Positions 28,575-38,144 of a stretch of DNA of 62,310 bases are shown piece by piece (positions within the stretch are counted from its first letter, which is position 1; every line of letters starts with the position of its first letter). The stretch lies in assembly GCA_034429675.1 (NCBI GenBank), contig DAOUFX010000184.1, forward strand, positions 1 through 62,310, in the 5' to 3' direction. This DNA is from Anaerolineae bacterium. GTDB taxonomy: Bacteria > Chloroflexota > Anaerolineae > B4-G1 > SLSP01. A program made the position numbers and the translations under genes. Under the pieces are notes generated by a model. It was not told the DNA's origin. It saw nothing but the letters and a program-made list of their open reading frames with translations, and did no database searches.

Positions 28575-29885
28575 ATGTTTGAAGCCCTACGCAATGCGCT
28601 GAAACTTCCTGATTTACGCCGGCGCATCCTCTATACAATTCTGGTTCTGATTATCTATCGCATGGCGTCAAATATCCCGGTGCCCGGTGTTGACCGGGTT
28701 GCATTGAAGAGTTATTTTGACTCGGCGGCAGCGGATGCAACGAGGCCGTTCCTTGGCCTGATGGATTTGTTGTCGGGCGGCGCAGTTTCCAATTTCTCAA
28801 TCCTGGCCGCTGGCGTCTACCCGTATGTGACTGCAACCCTGGTGATCCAGTTGTTGCTGCCAATTTTCCCGAAGTGGGAAAAGCAGATCCAGGAAGAGGG
28901 TGAGGAAGGTCAGCGGAAAATGAATCAATGGGCCTTCTATATCACTGTGCCGTTGGCCGGACTTCAAGCTTTTGCCCAGGCGCAGCTCTTTCGTCAGGCG
29001 GCGAGCCCGATCTTGCCACATTTTGGTTGGGAACCCGCTAATCTGTTGCCTACATTTACTCTGTTGGTATCTATGATTGCCGGAACGATGTTTGCTATAT
29101 GGTTGGGCGAGCTCATTTCGGAGCAGGGTATTGGCAATGGACTTTCTTTGATCATCTTCGGAGGCATTGTATCGCGTGTGCCTGCAAATCTGAAAAGCGT
29201 CTATGACAGTGATAAGCTTCTGGGAGTAGCCATTTTCCTGATCATCACCGTTGTGACGATTCTCTTTATTGTCTTCATTCAAAATGGCGAACGTCGGATC
29301 AAAGTGCAGTATGGGAAGCGTGTGCGCGGTATGAAGGTCTACGGTGGGGGCAGCACTTACATTCCACTTAAGGTCAATACTGCGGGCATGATCCCCTTGA
29401 TCTTTGCTCAGTCCATTCTGGCTTTCCCGGCGGTTATTGCCCAGTTTTTCAGTGGCAGCAGTAATCCTGGGGTTCGTTCGGTCGCACAATGGATCATCAC
29501 GTTTTTTGGAGGCAAAGAGCCTGGATATATTCCACTCTATTTCCTGGCAGTCGCCGGCTTCACCTACTTCTATACATTCGTGATGATCGAGCAGCAAAAG
29601 CTGCCGGAGATGCTTCAGAAGCAGGGTGGTTTTATTCCCGGTGTGCGCCCGGGGCAGCGTACTGAGGAATTCATTCATGGGATTTATCAACGGATTACCT
29701 TAGTAGACGCGGTTTTCTTGGGTCTTGTGGCGGTTTTACCGCTGATTATGGGACTGTTTATGAAGTCGAGCCAGATGATCATCCAGAGTTCCGGTTTGCT
29801 GATTGTGGTAGGAACTGTGATGGAGACCATGCGGCAATTAGAATCTCAATTGCTGATGCGGAATTACGAAGGGTTCCTGCGTTAA
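28575..29885 (+). CDS. secY: preprotein translocase subunit SecY
   Basis: Ten hydrophobic segments. Signature ...LRRRILYT...IYR....IP.PG.D and a C-terminal MRNYEGFLR. Confidence 0.96.
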   Translation: MFEALRNALKLPDLRRRILYTILVLIIYRMASNIPVPGVDRVALKSYFDSAAADATRPFLGLMDLLSGGAVSNFSILAAGVYPYVTATLVIQLLLPIFPKWEKQIQEEGEEGQRKMNQWAFYITVPLAGLQAFAQAQLFRQAASPILPHFGWEPANLLPTFTLLVSMIAGTMFAIWLGELISEQGIGNGLSLIIFGGIVSRVPANLKSVYDSDKLLGVAIFLIITVVTILFIVFIQNGERRIKVQYGKRVRGMKVYGGGSTYIPLKVNTAGMIPLIFAQSILAFPAVIAQFFSGSSNPGVRSVAQWIITFFGGKEPGYIPLYFLAVAGFTYFYTFVMIEQQKLPEMLQKQGGFIPGVRPGQRTEEFIHGIYQRITLVDAVFLGLVAVLPLIMGLFMKSSQMIIQSSGLLIVVGTVMETMRQLESQLLMRNYEGFLR

Positions 29886-29890
29886 AGGTG

Positions 29891-29899
29891 TGGTATAAT
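29891..29899 (+). promoter_or_regulatory. extended -10 element TGgTATAAT (internal promoter candidate for rpmJ-rpsM-rpsK-rpsD-rpoA-rplQ)
   Basis: Read at 29891-29899, 6 nt after the secY stop. There is only a poor -35 (TTCCTG) inside the secY 3' end. Confidence 0.4.
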
Positions 29900-29965
29900 A
29901 ACTCGTCTGTGTCCGCATCTTATGGGCCGTAGGTGGAATGCGGCTTTTGGAAAAAGGAGTTAGAA

Positions 29966-30079
29966 ATGAAGGTTTCACCATCAATAAAGCGACGTTGCCC
30001 GAAGTGCAAGATCATTCGGCGAAAACGGGTGGTGCGTATCATTTGCGATAACCCCAAGCACAAGCAACGTCAGGGTTAG
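29966..30079 (+). CDS. rpmJ: 50S ribosomal protein L36 (37 aa; below the ORF-track size cut-off)
   Basis: Hand translation gives [37 protein letters not shown], the canonical L36 with a C-x2-C-x12-C-x4-H Zn motif. AAGGAG SD lies 6 nt upstream. Confidence 0.93.
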   Translation: MKVSPSIKRRCPKCKIIRRKRVVRIICDNPKHKQRQG

Positions 30080-30110
30080 TTGATTCGCTCAGAGGAGGCT
30101 GAAGAAAGGT

Positions 30111-30500
30111 ATGGCACGTATAGCAGGGGTTGATCTGCCGCGCAACAAGCGAATTGAAATTGCGCTAACGTATATTTACGGTATCGGACGCAAAACCAGT
30201 AATGATATTCTGGCTCGCGCAGGGGTTGACCCTGATAAGCGTGAGAAAGATTTAACGGAAGCCGAAGTAGCTTCGTTGCGCGAGATTGTTGACAATGATT
30301 GTATGGTGGAAGGCGACCTGCGTCGTGAGATTCAGATGAATATCAAGCGTTTGATTGAGATCGGGTCTTACCGAGGTTTGCGCCATCGTCGGAATTTGCC
30401 GGCTCGTGGTCAGCGCACGCGGACGAATGCCCGCACAAAGCGCGGTCCCCGGAAGACGGTCCCCGGTCGCGGTCGTCGCCGTGGCTCGAAGAAAAAGTAA
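30111..30500 (+). CDS. rpsM: 30S ribosomal protein S13
   Basis: [25 protein letters not shown]... Confidence 0.97.
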   Translation: MARIAGVDLPRNKRIEIALTYIYGIGRKTSNDILARAGVDPDKREKDLTEAEVASLREIVDNDCMVEGDLRREIQMNIKRLIEIGSYRGLRHRRNLPARGQRTRTNARTKRGPRKTVPGRGRRRGSKKK

Positions 30501-30553
30501 GCGTTGGGTTTTGTTGGTGTTGCAAAACACTTATTGTAAGCTGCTATGATTTT

Positions 30554-30573
30554 TAGGAGGCTTTAGGAGGCTT
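30554..30573 (+). repeat. perfect 10-nt tandem duplication TAGGAGGCTT x2 (duplicated Shine-Dalgarno) upstream of rpsK
   Basis: 30554-30563 equals 30564-30573, read directly. The second GGAGG lies 4 nt before the ATG at 30575 and the first 14 nt before it. Confidence 0.85.
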
Positions 30574-30574
30574 T

Positions 30575-30979
30575 ATGGCGAAAAGTCAGGCTCGGGTAGC
30601 ACGGCGGGCAACTCGTCGTGTAAAACGCAATGTGCCTCGTGGTTGTGTGTATGTTAAGACATCGTTTAACAACACTATCGTGACTGTGACGGATGCTCAG
30701 GGAAATGTGATCCGTTGGTCCAGTGCAGGAGCTGTAGGGTTTAAAGGTACCCGGAAGAGCACTCCTTTCGCGGCGCAGGTGGCGGCGAGAAAGGCAACCA
30801 ATGAGGCAATTGAAAATGATGGTATGCAAGAAGTGGATGTGTTTGTCAATGGAGCCGGTCCTGGTCGTGAGGCTGCCTTGAGAGCTATCGCTTCGGTAGG
30901 GTTACGGGTGCGATCAATTGTAGATACGACTCCTATTCCGCACAATGGGTGTCGTGCTCCCAAAAAACGACGAGTGTAG
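30575..30979 (+). CDS. rpsK: 30S ribosomal protein S11
   Basis: ...[36 protein letters not shown]. Confidence 0.97.
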   Translation: MAKSQARVARRATRRVKRNVPRGCVYVKTSFNNTIVTVTDAQGNVIRWSSAGAVGFKGTRKSTPFAAQVAARKATNEAIENDGMQEVDVFVNGAGPGREAALRAIASVGLRVRSIVDTTPIPHNGCRAPKKRRV

Positions 30980-31011
30980 GTTGATCAACAAAGGTTTGTA
31001 GTGGAGAAAAT

Positions 31012-31650
31012 ATGGCAAAATATATAGGTCCTTCGTGCAAGCTTTGTCGTCGTGAGGGAATGAAGCTCTATCTCAAGGGCGATAAGTGTTACTCTGAACG
31101 ATGTCCATTTGAGAATCGTGCTTATCCTCCCGGACAACATGGCAAAGAGGCTTCTTTCCGTCGTCGCAAGCTTTCGGATTATGCAATGCAGTTGCGAGAG
31201 AAGCAAAAGGCACGCCGAATTTATGGGGTGCTAGAACGTCAGTTCCGACGTTACTTTCAGGTGGCCGCGCGCCGCCCCGGATTGACTGGCGAGAATTTGC
31301 TGTCAATTTTGGAGGCCCGGCTAGATAATGTGATTTACCGGTTAGGGTTTGCCGATTCGCGTGCCCAGGCGCGTCAGTTGGTTTCTCACGGTCATTTCAC
31401 GGTCAATGGGCGTAAGACAGATATTTCGTCTTTTTTGGTGCGACCCAACGATACGGTTGCGGTTCGTACAGAAAGTCGCCGCAGCAAGTACTTCAAGGAT
31501 CGTCGTGAATTGCTTGGTAAGCGTGCTGTGCCAGCCTGGTTGAGTCTTGATGAGGATACATTAAGTGCTCGTATGTTGGCTGTTCCTACGCGCCAAGAAA
31601 TTGACGTTCCTGTGGAAGAGCAGTTAATCGTTGAATTCTATTCACGTTAA
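31012..31650 (+). CDS. rpsD: 30S ribosomal protein S4 (with N-terminal Cys4 ribbon)
   Basis: [31 protein letters not shown]... and the S4 domain [26 protein letters not shown]. Confidence 0.97.
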   Translation: MAKYIGPSCKLCRREGMKLYLKGDKCYSERCPFENRAYPPGQHGKEASFRRRKLSDYAMQLREKQKARRIYGVLERQFRRYFQVAARRPGLTGENLLSILEARLDNVIYRLGFADSRAQARQLVSHGHFTVNGRKTDISSFLVRPNDTVAVRTESRRSKYFKDRRELLGKRAVPAWLSLDEDTLSARMLAVPTRQEIDVPVEEQLIVEFYSR

Positions 31651-31667
31651 AGCAGACAGGAGGCGAA

Positions 31668-32630
31668 GTGCTAGTAGCGCCAGTTCTGCCAAAAGTTGAA
31701 GTTGATGTCAATGCCGAGCAATATGGCCGGTATATTATTGGCCCGCTGGAAAATGGTTATGGGGTTACGTTAGGTAACTCTCTGCGGCGGGTTTTGCTCT
31801 CTTCTTTGGAGGGAGCGGCAATCACTGCTATGCGCATCACGGATATTCCGCATGAGTTCGCGGCGATTCCAGGTGTGCGTGAGGACGTGATTCAAGTTAT
31901 GCTTCAACTCAAGCAAATACGCCTTTGTATGGAAGGGGAAGGTCCGCAGTATATGACGCTGCGCGTGGAAGGACCCGGTGTGGTTACCGCCAGCGACATT
32001 ATTGCCCCTCCTGAGATTGAAATTCTCAACCCTGAACTTTATCTGTTTACAGTAGACAATGATGAGGCGCATCTTGATTTTGAGTTTACCGTGGAAAAGG
32101 GGCGTGGCTATCTGTCTTCTGAAGGTCGCGGACGGATGCCGATTGGGGTTCTGCCGGTAGATGCTATTTTTAGCCCGATTCGTCGTGTGAACTTTCATAT
32201 TGATCAAGCGCGTGTGGGACAGCTGACCAATTACGATCGCTTGACAATGGATGTTTGGACTGATGGTCGAATCTCGCCTCTGGATGCCCTCAAAGATTCG
32301 GCGCGAATTTTGGTAACGCACTTGCGTTTGGTTGCCGGCGCCGAGTTGGAAGAGGAACTTGATTTGGATATTGGGGTTGAGAAGGAAACCATTCCACATC
32401 AGGCTTATGCAACACCCATTGAGGATTTGGGGTTGGGCGTGCGGGTGTACAATGCATTGAAACGCACGGGAATATCGAATGTTGGCGAAGTGCTTGAGAT
32501 GTTGACCCGTGGCCGCGATGCTATGTTGTCTATTCGCAATTTCGGTGAGAAGTCATTGGAAGAGTTGGCTGAACAATTAAAAGAGAAAGGATTCTGGACG
32601 GCTGAAGTCGAAGCTGCAATTGAAATCTAG
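31668..32630 (+). CDS. rpoA: DNA-directed RNA polymerase subunit alpha
   Basis: ...GYG.TLGNSLRRVLLSSLEGAAIT... and a C-terminal domain with L.LGVRVYNALKR.GI..VGE. GTG start after AGGAGG. Confidence 0.96.
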   Translation: MLVAPVLPKVEVDVNAEQYGRYIIGPLENGYGVTLGNSLRRVLLSSLEGAAITAMRITDIPHEFAAIPGVREDVIQVMLQLKQIRLCMEGEGPQYMTLRVEGPGVVTASDIIAPPEIEILNPELYLFTVDNDEAHLDFEFTVEKGRGYLSSEGRGRMPIGVLPVDAIFSPIRRVNFHIDQARVGQLTNYDRLTMDVWTDGRISPLDALKDSARILVTHLRLVAGAELEEELDLDIGVEKETIPHQAYATPIEDLGLGVRVYNALKRTGISNVGEVLEMLTRGRDAMLSIRNFGEKSLEELAEQLKEKGFWTAEVEAAIEI

Positions 32631-32657
32631 CCGGTCCTGTGTAAGAGGAGGTTGAGT

Positions 32658-33041
32658 ATGCGACATCACGTCGCGGGTAAAAAGTTGAATCGTCCTGTAG
32701 GTCAGCGGACGGCTTTGCGGCGCAATTTGGTGACAGAGTTGTTCCGTCATGATCGTATTCGTACAACGCGCGCCAAGGCTGAGGCGATACGGGGACAAGC
32801 AGAAAGGCTTGTTACATTGGCAAAGCGTGGTTTGGAGGCCGGCAAGCAGGATCCGGCTCGCGAGGTTCATGCCCGTCGTTTAGTGGCAGGTCGTCTTAAT
32901 GATCCACAAGTAGTGCAGCGGCTTTTTAGCGACATAGCGCCACGGTATATGGATCGCGCCGGTGGATACACCCGGATGTTGAAGATGGGAGTTCGTAAGG
33001 GGGATGCTGCCCCGATCGTGCTCTTGGAGTTGGTTGATTAA
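32658..33041 (+). CDS. rplQ: 50S ribosomal protein L17
   Basis: MRHHVAGKKLNR...QR.AL.RNL...L..H.RI.TT..KA. The ATG at 32658 lies 6 nt after AAGAGGAGG. The track ORF begins two codons earlier at a TTG. Confidence 0.95.
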   Translation: MRHHVAGKKLNRPVGQRTALRRNLVTELFRHDRIRTTRAKAEAIRGQAERLVTLAKRGLEAGKQDPAREVHARRLVAGRLNDPQVVQRLFSDIAPRYMDRAGGYTRMLKMGVRKGDAAPIVLLELVD

Positions 33042-33107
33042 CTTTAACAGGTTAGGGCTGCCATTCTCGTTGTTGGGAGAATGGGATAGCCGCTGAACAT
33101 ATCTGCA

Positions 33108-33842
33108 ATGCGGGTCAAGGCCGTTGTAGCTTACGATGGCACGGGGTATGCCGGATTTCAGAGACAGAAGAATGCATTAAGTATTCAACAAGACCTCGAA
33201 ATGGTTTTGGAGAAACTTTCTGGGACTTCTGTTTCTGTCTTATCTGCTGGGCGTACTGATGCCGGGGTTCATGCTGAAGGCCAGGTTATTGCATTCGATA
33301 TACTTTGGAGGCATGCTTTGGCAGACCTTCAAAGTGCAATGAATGCTTTGCTGCCGGAACAGATAGCGGTGCTGACTTTGGAGGAGGTTTCCGATAGGTT
33401 CCATCCTCGTTATGATGCGCTTTATCGTTGGTATCGTTACACGCTTTATCGTGGCTCGACGCGCAACCCATTGTTCAGTCGGTATAGCCTGCATGTCTCT
33501 CGTCCTTTGCGTTATGATTTGATGCGAACTGCTGCACAGTTTTTGTTAGGGCAGCATGATTTTTGGGCCTTCGGATCACCTCCAAAAGGTGATAATTCGG
33601 TCCGGGAGGTTTATAAGGCTGACTGGTCAGAGGATGGTGTCTGGGTGTATTTTGACATTGTGGCCAATGCCTTTTTGTATCGAATGGTACGCATGGTGGT
33701 GGGGACTCTGTTACGTGTTGGTTCTGAGGCGTTGTCGCCTGGTGAGTTTGGCGATATTTTGACTTCGCGAGATCGCCGGCGTGCCGGCCCAGCTGCGGTA
33801 GCCCGTGGGCTTTGTTTGAAGCGAGTGATTTATGAAGCATGA
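33108..33842 (+). CDS. truA: tRNA pseudouridine(38-40) synthase TruA
   Basis: MRVKAVVAYDGTGYAGFQRQ...SAGRTDAGVHAEGQV, which contains the catalytic Asp motif. Confidence 0.93.
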   Translation: MRVKAVVAYDGTGYAGFQRQKNALSIQQDLEMVLEKLSGTSVSVLSAGRTDAGVHAEGQVIAFDILWRHALADLQSAMNALLPEQIAVLTLEEVSDRFHPRYDALYRWYRYTLYRGSTRNPLFSRYSLHVSRPLRYDLMRTAAQFLLGQHDFWAFGSPPKGDNSVREVYKADWSEDGVWVYFDIVANAFLYRMVRMVVGTLLRVGSEALSPGEFGDILTSRDRRRAGPAAVARGLCLKRVIYEA

Positions 33843-33870
33843 GGCGCATGAACGCACTCAGCTCTTATGA

Positions 33871-34332
33871 ATGGAGTGGCAGAAGGTGAAACGATTAAAC
33901 ATACATAAGACTTATGTGGCCAAGCCGGGTACGTTTGAGCAGCAATGGTATGTTATTGATGCTACCGGTAAGACATTGGGACGTCTGGCGACCATGGTGG
34001 CGAGTATTTTGCGAGGAAAGAACAAGCCGCAATATACTCCTTATGAAGATGTTGGCGATTTTGTCATCATCGTCAATGCTGAAAAGGTACATGTAACGGG
34101 TCGTAAGTTAGACCAGAAGTCCTACTATCGTTATTCGGGGTATCCCGGTGGGCTTCGCAGTGTAACGTTGCGGCGTCAGTTGGAGACACATCCCGAACGC
34201 GTCATTGAGCATGCAGTGAAGGGTATGCTGCCTCGAGGTCCGTTGGGGCGACAGATGTATAGGAAGCTTAAGGTCTATGTCGGGCCGGAGCATCCTCATC
34301 AAGCGCAACAGCCTCAAGCGATGGAGATTTAA
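33871..34332 (+). CDS. rplM: 50S ribosomal protein L13
   Basis: ...[29 protein letters not shown]... The start could instead be the GTG at 33886, which has GGAG 9 nt upstream. Confidence 0.94.
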   Translation: MEWQKVKRLNIHKTYVAKPGTFEQQWYVIDATGKTLGRLATMVASILRGKNKPQYTPYEDVGDFVIIVNAEKVHVTGRKLDQKSYYRYSGYPGGLRSVTLRRQLETHPERVIEHAVKGMLPRGPLGRQMYRKLKVYVGPEHPHQAQQPQAMEI

Positions 34333-34343
34333 GGAGAATAGTT

Positions 34344-34730
34344 ATGTATTATGAAGGGCTAGGGCGTAGAAAGACCGCTACTGCGCGTGCTCGACTTCAC
34401 TCTGCGGGAAGCGGTGAGTTTGTTGTTAATGGGAAGGCCTATCGGGAGTATTTCCCCCGAGAGTTGGATTCTCAGAGCTTGATGGCCCCACTGCAATTGA
34501 CGCAAACGGTGGGACAGTTCGACGTGACGGTTCAAGTTGCCGGTGGGGGAATAACTGGCCAGGCCGAGGCAGTTCGGATGGCGATTTCTCGTGCCTTATT
34601 GAAAATCAACCCTGATTTTCGATCTGCATTGCGCAAAGCGGGCTATCTTACCCGCGACGCGCGCGCCAAGGAACGTAAAAAGCCAGGTCTTAAGCGCGCA
34701 CGTAAGGCTCCGCAATACACCAAGCGTTAG
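34344..34730 (+). CDS. rpsI: 30S ribosomal protein S9
   Basis: ...GRRK.A.AR..L..G.G...NG... and a C-terminal KPGLKRARKAPQYTKR. Confidence 0.96.
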   Translation: MYYEGLGRRKTATARARLHSAGSGEFVVNGKAYREYFPRELDSQSLMAPLQLTQTVGQFDVTVQVAGGGITGQAEAVRMAISRALLKINPDFRSALRKAGYLTRDARAKERKKPGLKRARKAPQYTKR

Positions 34731-34767
34731 TTTGTGTGTTTGTTGCGCCGGATATTTTGAACTCGAT

Positions 34768-34799
34768 ATACGTGTCCCATTTTCAGATGGGACACGTAT
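34768..34799 (+). terminator. rho-independent terminator closing the ribosomal-protein cluster
   Basis: ATACGTGTCCCAT (34768-34780) pairs with ATGGGACACGTAT (34787-34799), followed by TTTGTGT. A second hairpin ATGTAGGTT/AACCTACAT (34839-34865) followed by ATTTTTG lies just downstream. Confidence 0.75.
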
Positions 34800-34878
34800 T
34801 TGTGTAGTGCTGATACTCACCAGCTATTTATAGATTGCATGTAGGTTTTTTCTAGTAACCTACATATTTTTGTTACCT

Positions 34879-36363
34879 ATGGCACAGATTACAATTCTAG
34901 GATTAGGGCCCGGCTCACCGGAGAGTCTGACGTGTGAGGCATGGCAAATTCTAACAACCACGAGCGAGGTTTGGCTTCGGACAGCACGTCATCCTATCAT
35001 GGCCCATCTGCCGCAGTCAGTTACTCTCCATTCTTTTGATGATTTGTACGAGGGCCGCGCGACTTTCGCCGAGGTTTATACTGCGATTGTAGAGCGCATC
35101 CTGGATTTGGGACGTCGCCCGGAGGGTGTTTGTTATTGTGTTCCTGGACATCCCTGGGTTGGCGAAGCCACTGTGCCACATATTGTGCGTCAAGCCAGGG
35201 AACTGGGTGTCGCTGTTCGCGTTGTCTCCGGTCTGAGTTTTGTTGAGCCAATGTTGTCGGCCCTGTGCCTCGATGCTTTAGACGGAGTACAGATTGTAGA
35301 TGCTTTGGATTTAGTGTCTCTTTGCCATCCTCCGTTGAACCCTGATATGCCAGTTCTGATCGCACAAGTTTACAGTCGCGCTGTTGCTTCGGACTTGAAG
35401 CTAGTGTTGATGAATCAATACCCGGATGAGCATCAAGTAGCGTTGGTAGATGCTGCTGGTACGCCGGCTGAGCAAGTATCCTGGCTACCGCTTTATGAAA
35501 TAGACCGCCAGGAAGTAACTTCGTTGACTTCTCTCTATGTTTCTCCACTTCCCGCGGTGAGTAGTTTTGAGGGTTTTCAGCAAACGGTGGCGCGTTTGCG
35601 CGCTCCTGACGGGTGTCCATGGGATCGAGAACAAACTCACCTAAGTCTCCGCACTAATTTGCTCGAGGAAACTTATGAGGTTTTGGCGGCTATTGATACT
35701 GAGGATGTGGATGGTTTGCGCGAGGAATTGGGTGATTTGTTGCTTCAGATTGTTCTGCACGCACAAATTGCTGTCGAGGATGGCGAGTTTTATATGTCCG
35801 AGATCATTACGGGGATTGATTCCAAACTCAAGCATCGTCATCCACATGTTTGGGGAAACGTTCAGGTTCAAAACAGTCAAGATGTGATTTTAAACTGGGA
35901 GGCCATCAAACGCCGTGACCGTGAGGCCAATGGAGTGGAGGTGCGCTCCATGTTGGATGGTATTCCTCAATCTCTGCCGAGCCTGGCACAGGCGATCGAA
36001 TATAGTAAACGAGTGGCTCGTGTAGGCTTTGATTTGGGGGATACCGGCGTTACCCCTATTTCTACGGCGGTTGATGACCGACGAATCGTGGAAAAAGCAT
36101 TGGATGAAGTTGTGGAGTATAGTGAAATGCCCAAGATCCAAGATACTGATGGATTGAGCAGGATCTGGGGGAAATTGCTTTTTGCGATTGCCAGTTATGC
36201 CCGAAAATCCGGCGTTGACTTGGAGAGCGCTTTGCGCGAGACGAATGCAAGAGTAGCAAAATGTTTTCGCGCTTTAGAGACCACAGCCCGTGACGCAGGT
36301 AAGCCTTTAGCTGAGATGGATCCGATGCAACTTAATCAGATATGGCAGGAGATTTACAAATAG
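34879..36363 (+). CDS. mazG: YabN-type fusion: tetrapyrrole (SAM) methylase-like domain + MazG NTP pyrophosphohydrolase
   Basis: N-terminus ITILGLGPGSPESLT is TP_methylase-like. The middle RLRAPDGCPWDREQTH.SL...LLEETYEV..AI and a second EE..E..GDLLF-like repeat are MazG-like. I prefer the ATG at 34879 over the TTG at 34870. Confidence 0.85.
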   Translation: MAQITILGLGPGSPESLTCEAWQILTTTSEVWLRTARHPIMAHLPQSVTLHSFDDLYEGRATFAEVYTAIVERILDLGRRPEGVCYCVPGHPWVGEATVPHIVRQARELGVAVRVVSGLSFVEPMLSALCLDALDGVQIVDALDLVSLCHPPLNPDMPVLIAQVYSRAVASDLKLVLMNQYPDEHQVALVDAAGTPAEQVSWLPLYEIDRQEVTSLTSLYVSPLPAVSSFEGFQQTVARLRAPDGCPWDREQTHLSLRTNLLEETYEVLAAIDTEDVDGLREELGDLLLQIVLHAQIAVEDGEFYMSEIITGIDSKLKHRHPHVWGNVQVQNSQDVILNWEAIKRRDREANGVEVRSMLDGIPQSLPSLAQAIEYSKRVARVGFDLGDTGVTPISTAVDDRRIVEKALDEVVEYSEMPKIQDTDGLSRIWGKLLFAIASYARKSGVDLESALRETNARVAKCFRALETTARDAGKPLAEMDPMQLNQIWQEIYK

Positions 36364-36677
36364 GGTTCGATCTCTTCAATGAGCTTTTGAAGTGGTTTGT
36401 TTCCTATGAGTCGGGTTACTTCCTCGCCATTTTTGAAGATAATCATAGTAGGAATGTTCATGATGCCATATTGTGTCGTTAGGGCAACAGCTTCCTGAGT
36501 GTTGACTTTCACAATTTTTAGTCGTCCTTGCAATTCTTCCGCAACTTGTTCCAGGGTCGGTCCCAGTTTCTTGCAGGGCGGACACCACTCCGCCCAAAAG
36601 TCCACAAGCACAGGCAAAGCGGCATGTGTAACCTCGATCTCGAAGTTGTTTTCATCTACTGTTTGTAGCTGCCCCAT
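36354..36677 (-). CDS. trxA: thioredoxin
   Basis: VLVDFWAEWCPPCK active site, 107 aa. The 3' end overlaps the mazG 3' end by 10 nt (convergent). Confidence 0.95.
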   Translation of the reverse strand: MGQLQTVDENNFEIEVTHAALPVLVDFWAEWCPPCKKLGPTLEQVAEELQGRLKIVKVNTQEAVALTTQYGIMNIPTMIIFKNGEEVTRLIGNKPLQKLIEEIEPYL

Positions 36678-36843
36678 AAGTGTTAACCTCTTTTCAGTAA
36701 GCTGCCAAGATTATCGCATGCTGGATAACATTGTCAAGCATAGAAACTCTTGGTACACTCTATCTGTGACGTTTTTTCCTTGAAAATTTTGCATTCTCAC
36801 GCCTGGGAAATGGCTATGTCAGGCAATCGTCAGGTTCAAGGTC

Positions 36844-36872
36844 TTGTCATTTAAATTTTGTTATGCTATAAT
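36844..36872 (+). promoter_or_regulatory. sigma70 promoter with extended -10 (TTGTCA-17 nt to the hexamer-TGcTATAAT)
   Basis: TTGTCA at 36844-36849 and TGCTATAAT at 36864-36872, upstream of the M23 peptidase pair. Confidence 0.55.
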
Positions 36873-36917
36873 AATCCCTGTTGAGGGGCACCTGTGTGTC
36901 TCTCGAGGCTTGTGCCT

Positions 36918-38144
36918 ATGAACAATACAATAGACATATATAACGCGCAGACTGTGGACGTTACAAATCCCAAATGGGGTTTGTCTTATGTAGTTGGGCG
37001 AGTTGTCGGCAGAGCAACGGCTGTGATTTGGCGTTGGAGTAATGATCGCCAGGTTGTGGCCGCTTTTGTTGGTCGTTATAGTGCTCATGCGGCTGTTTTG
37101 GGGTTGGCTTTGCTGGTTGGACTTTTGGGCCAATTGGCATTTGCACCTTTGCGATCTGCTGATGTGAGCGTTGCCGAATCCTCAGATTTTTTGACCTCTT
37201 CTATGCGGGCTGCTGCTGAACCGGTGGCAACCCCCACTTCTGTCGTTGCAGGAACCGCTTTACTGCGTCAGACTGCATCCCATAACCATGTGGTGTATCG
37301 CCACGCTCAGCCCTTAACCACTATCCCTGAACGAGATCGTTTAGAGGTTATTACTTATACTATACAATCCGGGGATAACCTCTTTTTGATTGCTGAGCGG
37401 TTCAAATTATCTCCTTACACGATTGTTTGGTCGAATATGGAAGCCCTACAGGGTGCGCCATATTTGATTCAACCGGGATTGACTTTGTTTATTCCTCCTG
37501 TAGATGGCGCCTATCACACTGTGATGTCTGGTGAAACCATTGATAGTATCGCCGAGAGCTACGAAGTTTCTACTGAGGCGCTTTATAACTCGTGGAATGA
37601 TGTGAAGCCTGGCAAGCCTCTGCGTGAAGGTGCCCTTTTGGTTGTTCCCGGTGGCACTGGTGAGGATTTCGATTGGGAGCCGCCTGCGCCTGAGCCATCT
37701 GCTCCTGGTGTTGCGTCTGCTTCGGCCAGTTGGGGATATTGTGGTAACGTAGCCGTTTCGGGTCTGGGCGGAAGTGGGTGGTTTATATTACCTACTGGAT
37801 CTACGGCTGTTTCTGGTTGGTATTTCCATGACTATCGCAATCCTGGCCATGGCGGGTTGGATTACACCTGTCATTCTGGTGATCCCATTTATGCCGCTGA
37901 TAATGGCGTGGTTATCTTTGCCGGGTGGGGTGGTGGTTACGGGAATTTGGTGCAGGTCAGTCATGGCAACGGTTATGTGACGTATTATGCACACTTCTCC
38001 GGTTTCGCCGTAGGCTGCGGTGAATCTGTTTATCAAGGGCAACTTCTAGGGTATTGCGGCACAACGGGTTGGTCAACCGGTCCACATCTTCATTATGAGA
38101 TACGTTATAACGGCGTGCCTATGGACCCCCAACTTTTTGAATGA
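36918..38144 (+). CDS. LysM-domain M23 family metallopeptidase (paralog 1)
   Basis: N-terminal TM segment. Two LysM-like units (YTIQSGDNLFLIAERF..., HTVMSGETIDSIAESY...). M23 motifs HGGLDY... and GTTGWSTGPHLHYEIR. The start could be the GTG at 36894. Confidence 0.85.
   Translation: MNNTIDIYNAQTVDVTNPKWGLSYVVGRVVGRATAVIWRWSNDRQVVAAFVGRYSAHAAVLGLALLVGLLGQLAFAPLRSADVSVAESSDFLTSSMRAAAEPVATPTSVVAGTALLRQTASHNHVVYRHAQPLTTIPERDRLEVITYTIQSGDNLFLIAERFKLSPYTIVWSNMEALQGAPYLIQPGLTLFIPPVDGAYHTVMSGETIDSIAESYEVSTEALYNSWNDVKPGKPLREGALLVVPGGTGEDFDWEPPAPEPSAPGVASASASWGYCGNVAVSGLGGSGWFILPTGSTAVSGWYFHDYRNPGHGGLDYTCHSGDPIYAADNGVVIFAGWGGGYGNLVQVSHGNGYVTYYAHFSGFAVGCGESVYQGQLLGYCGTTGWSTGPHLHYEIRYNGVPMDPQLFE

Noticed and set aside
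36361-36375. GGGTTCGATCTC resembles a tRNA T-arm (GGTTCGAATCC).
   Set aside because: No complementary T-stem, acceptor stem or anticodon arm can be drawn around it. It lies in the convergent overlap of the mazG and trxA coding sequences. I found no other tRNA-like T-loops by eye in the intergenic regions.
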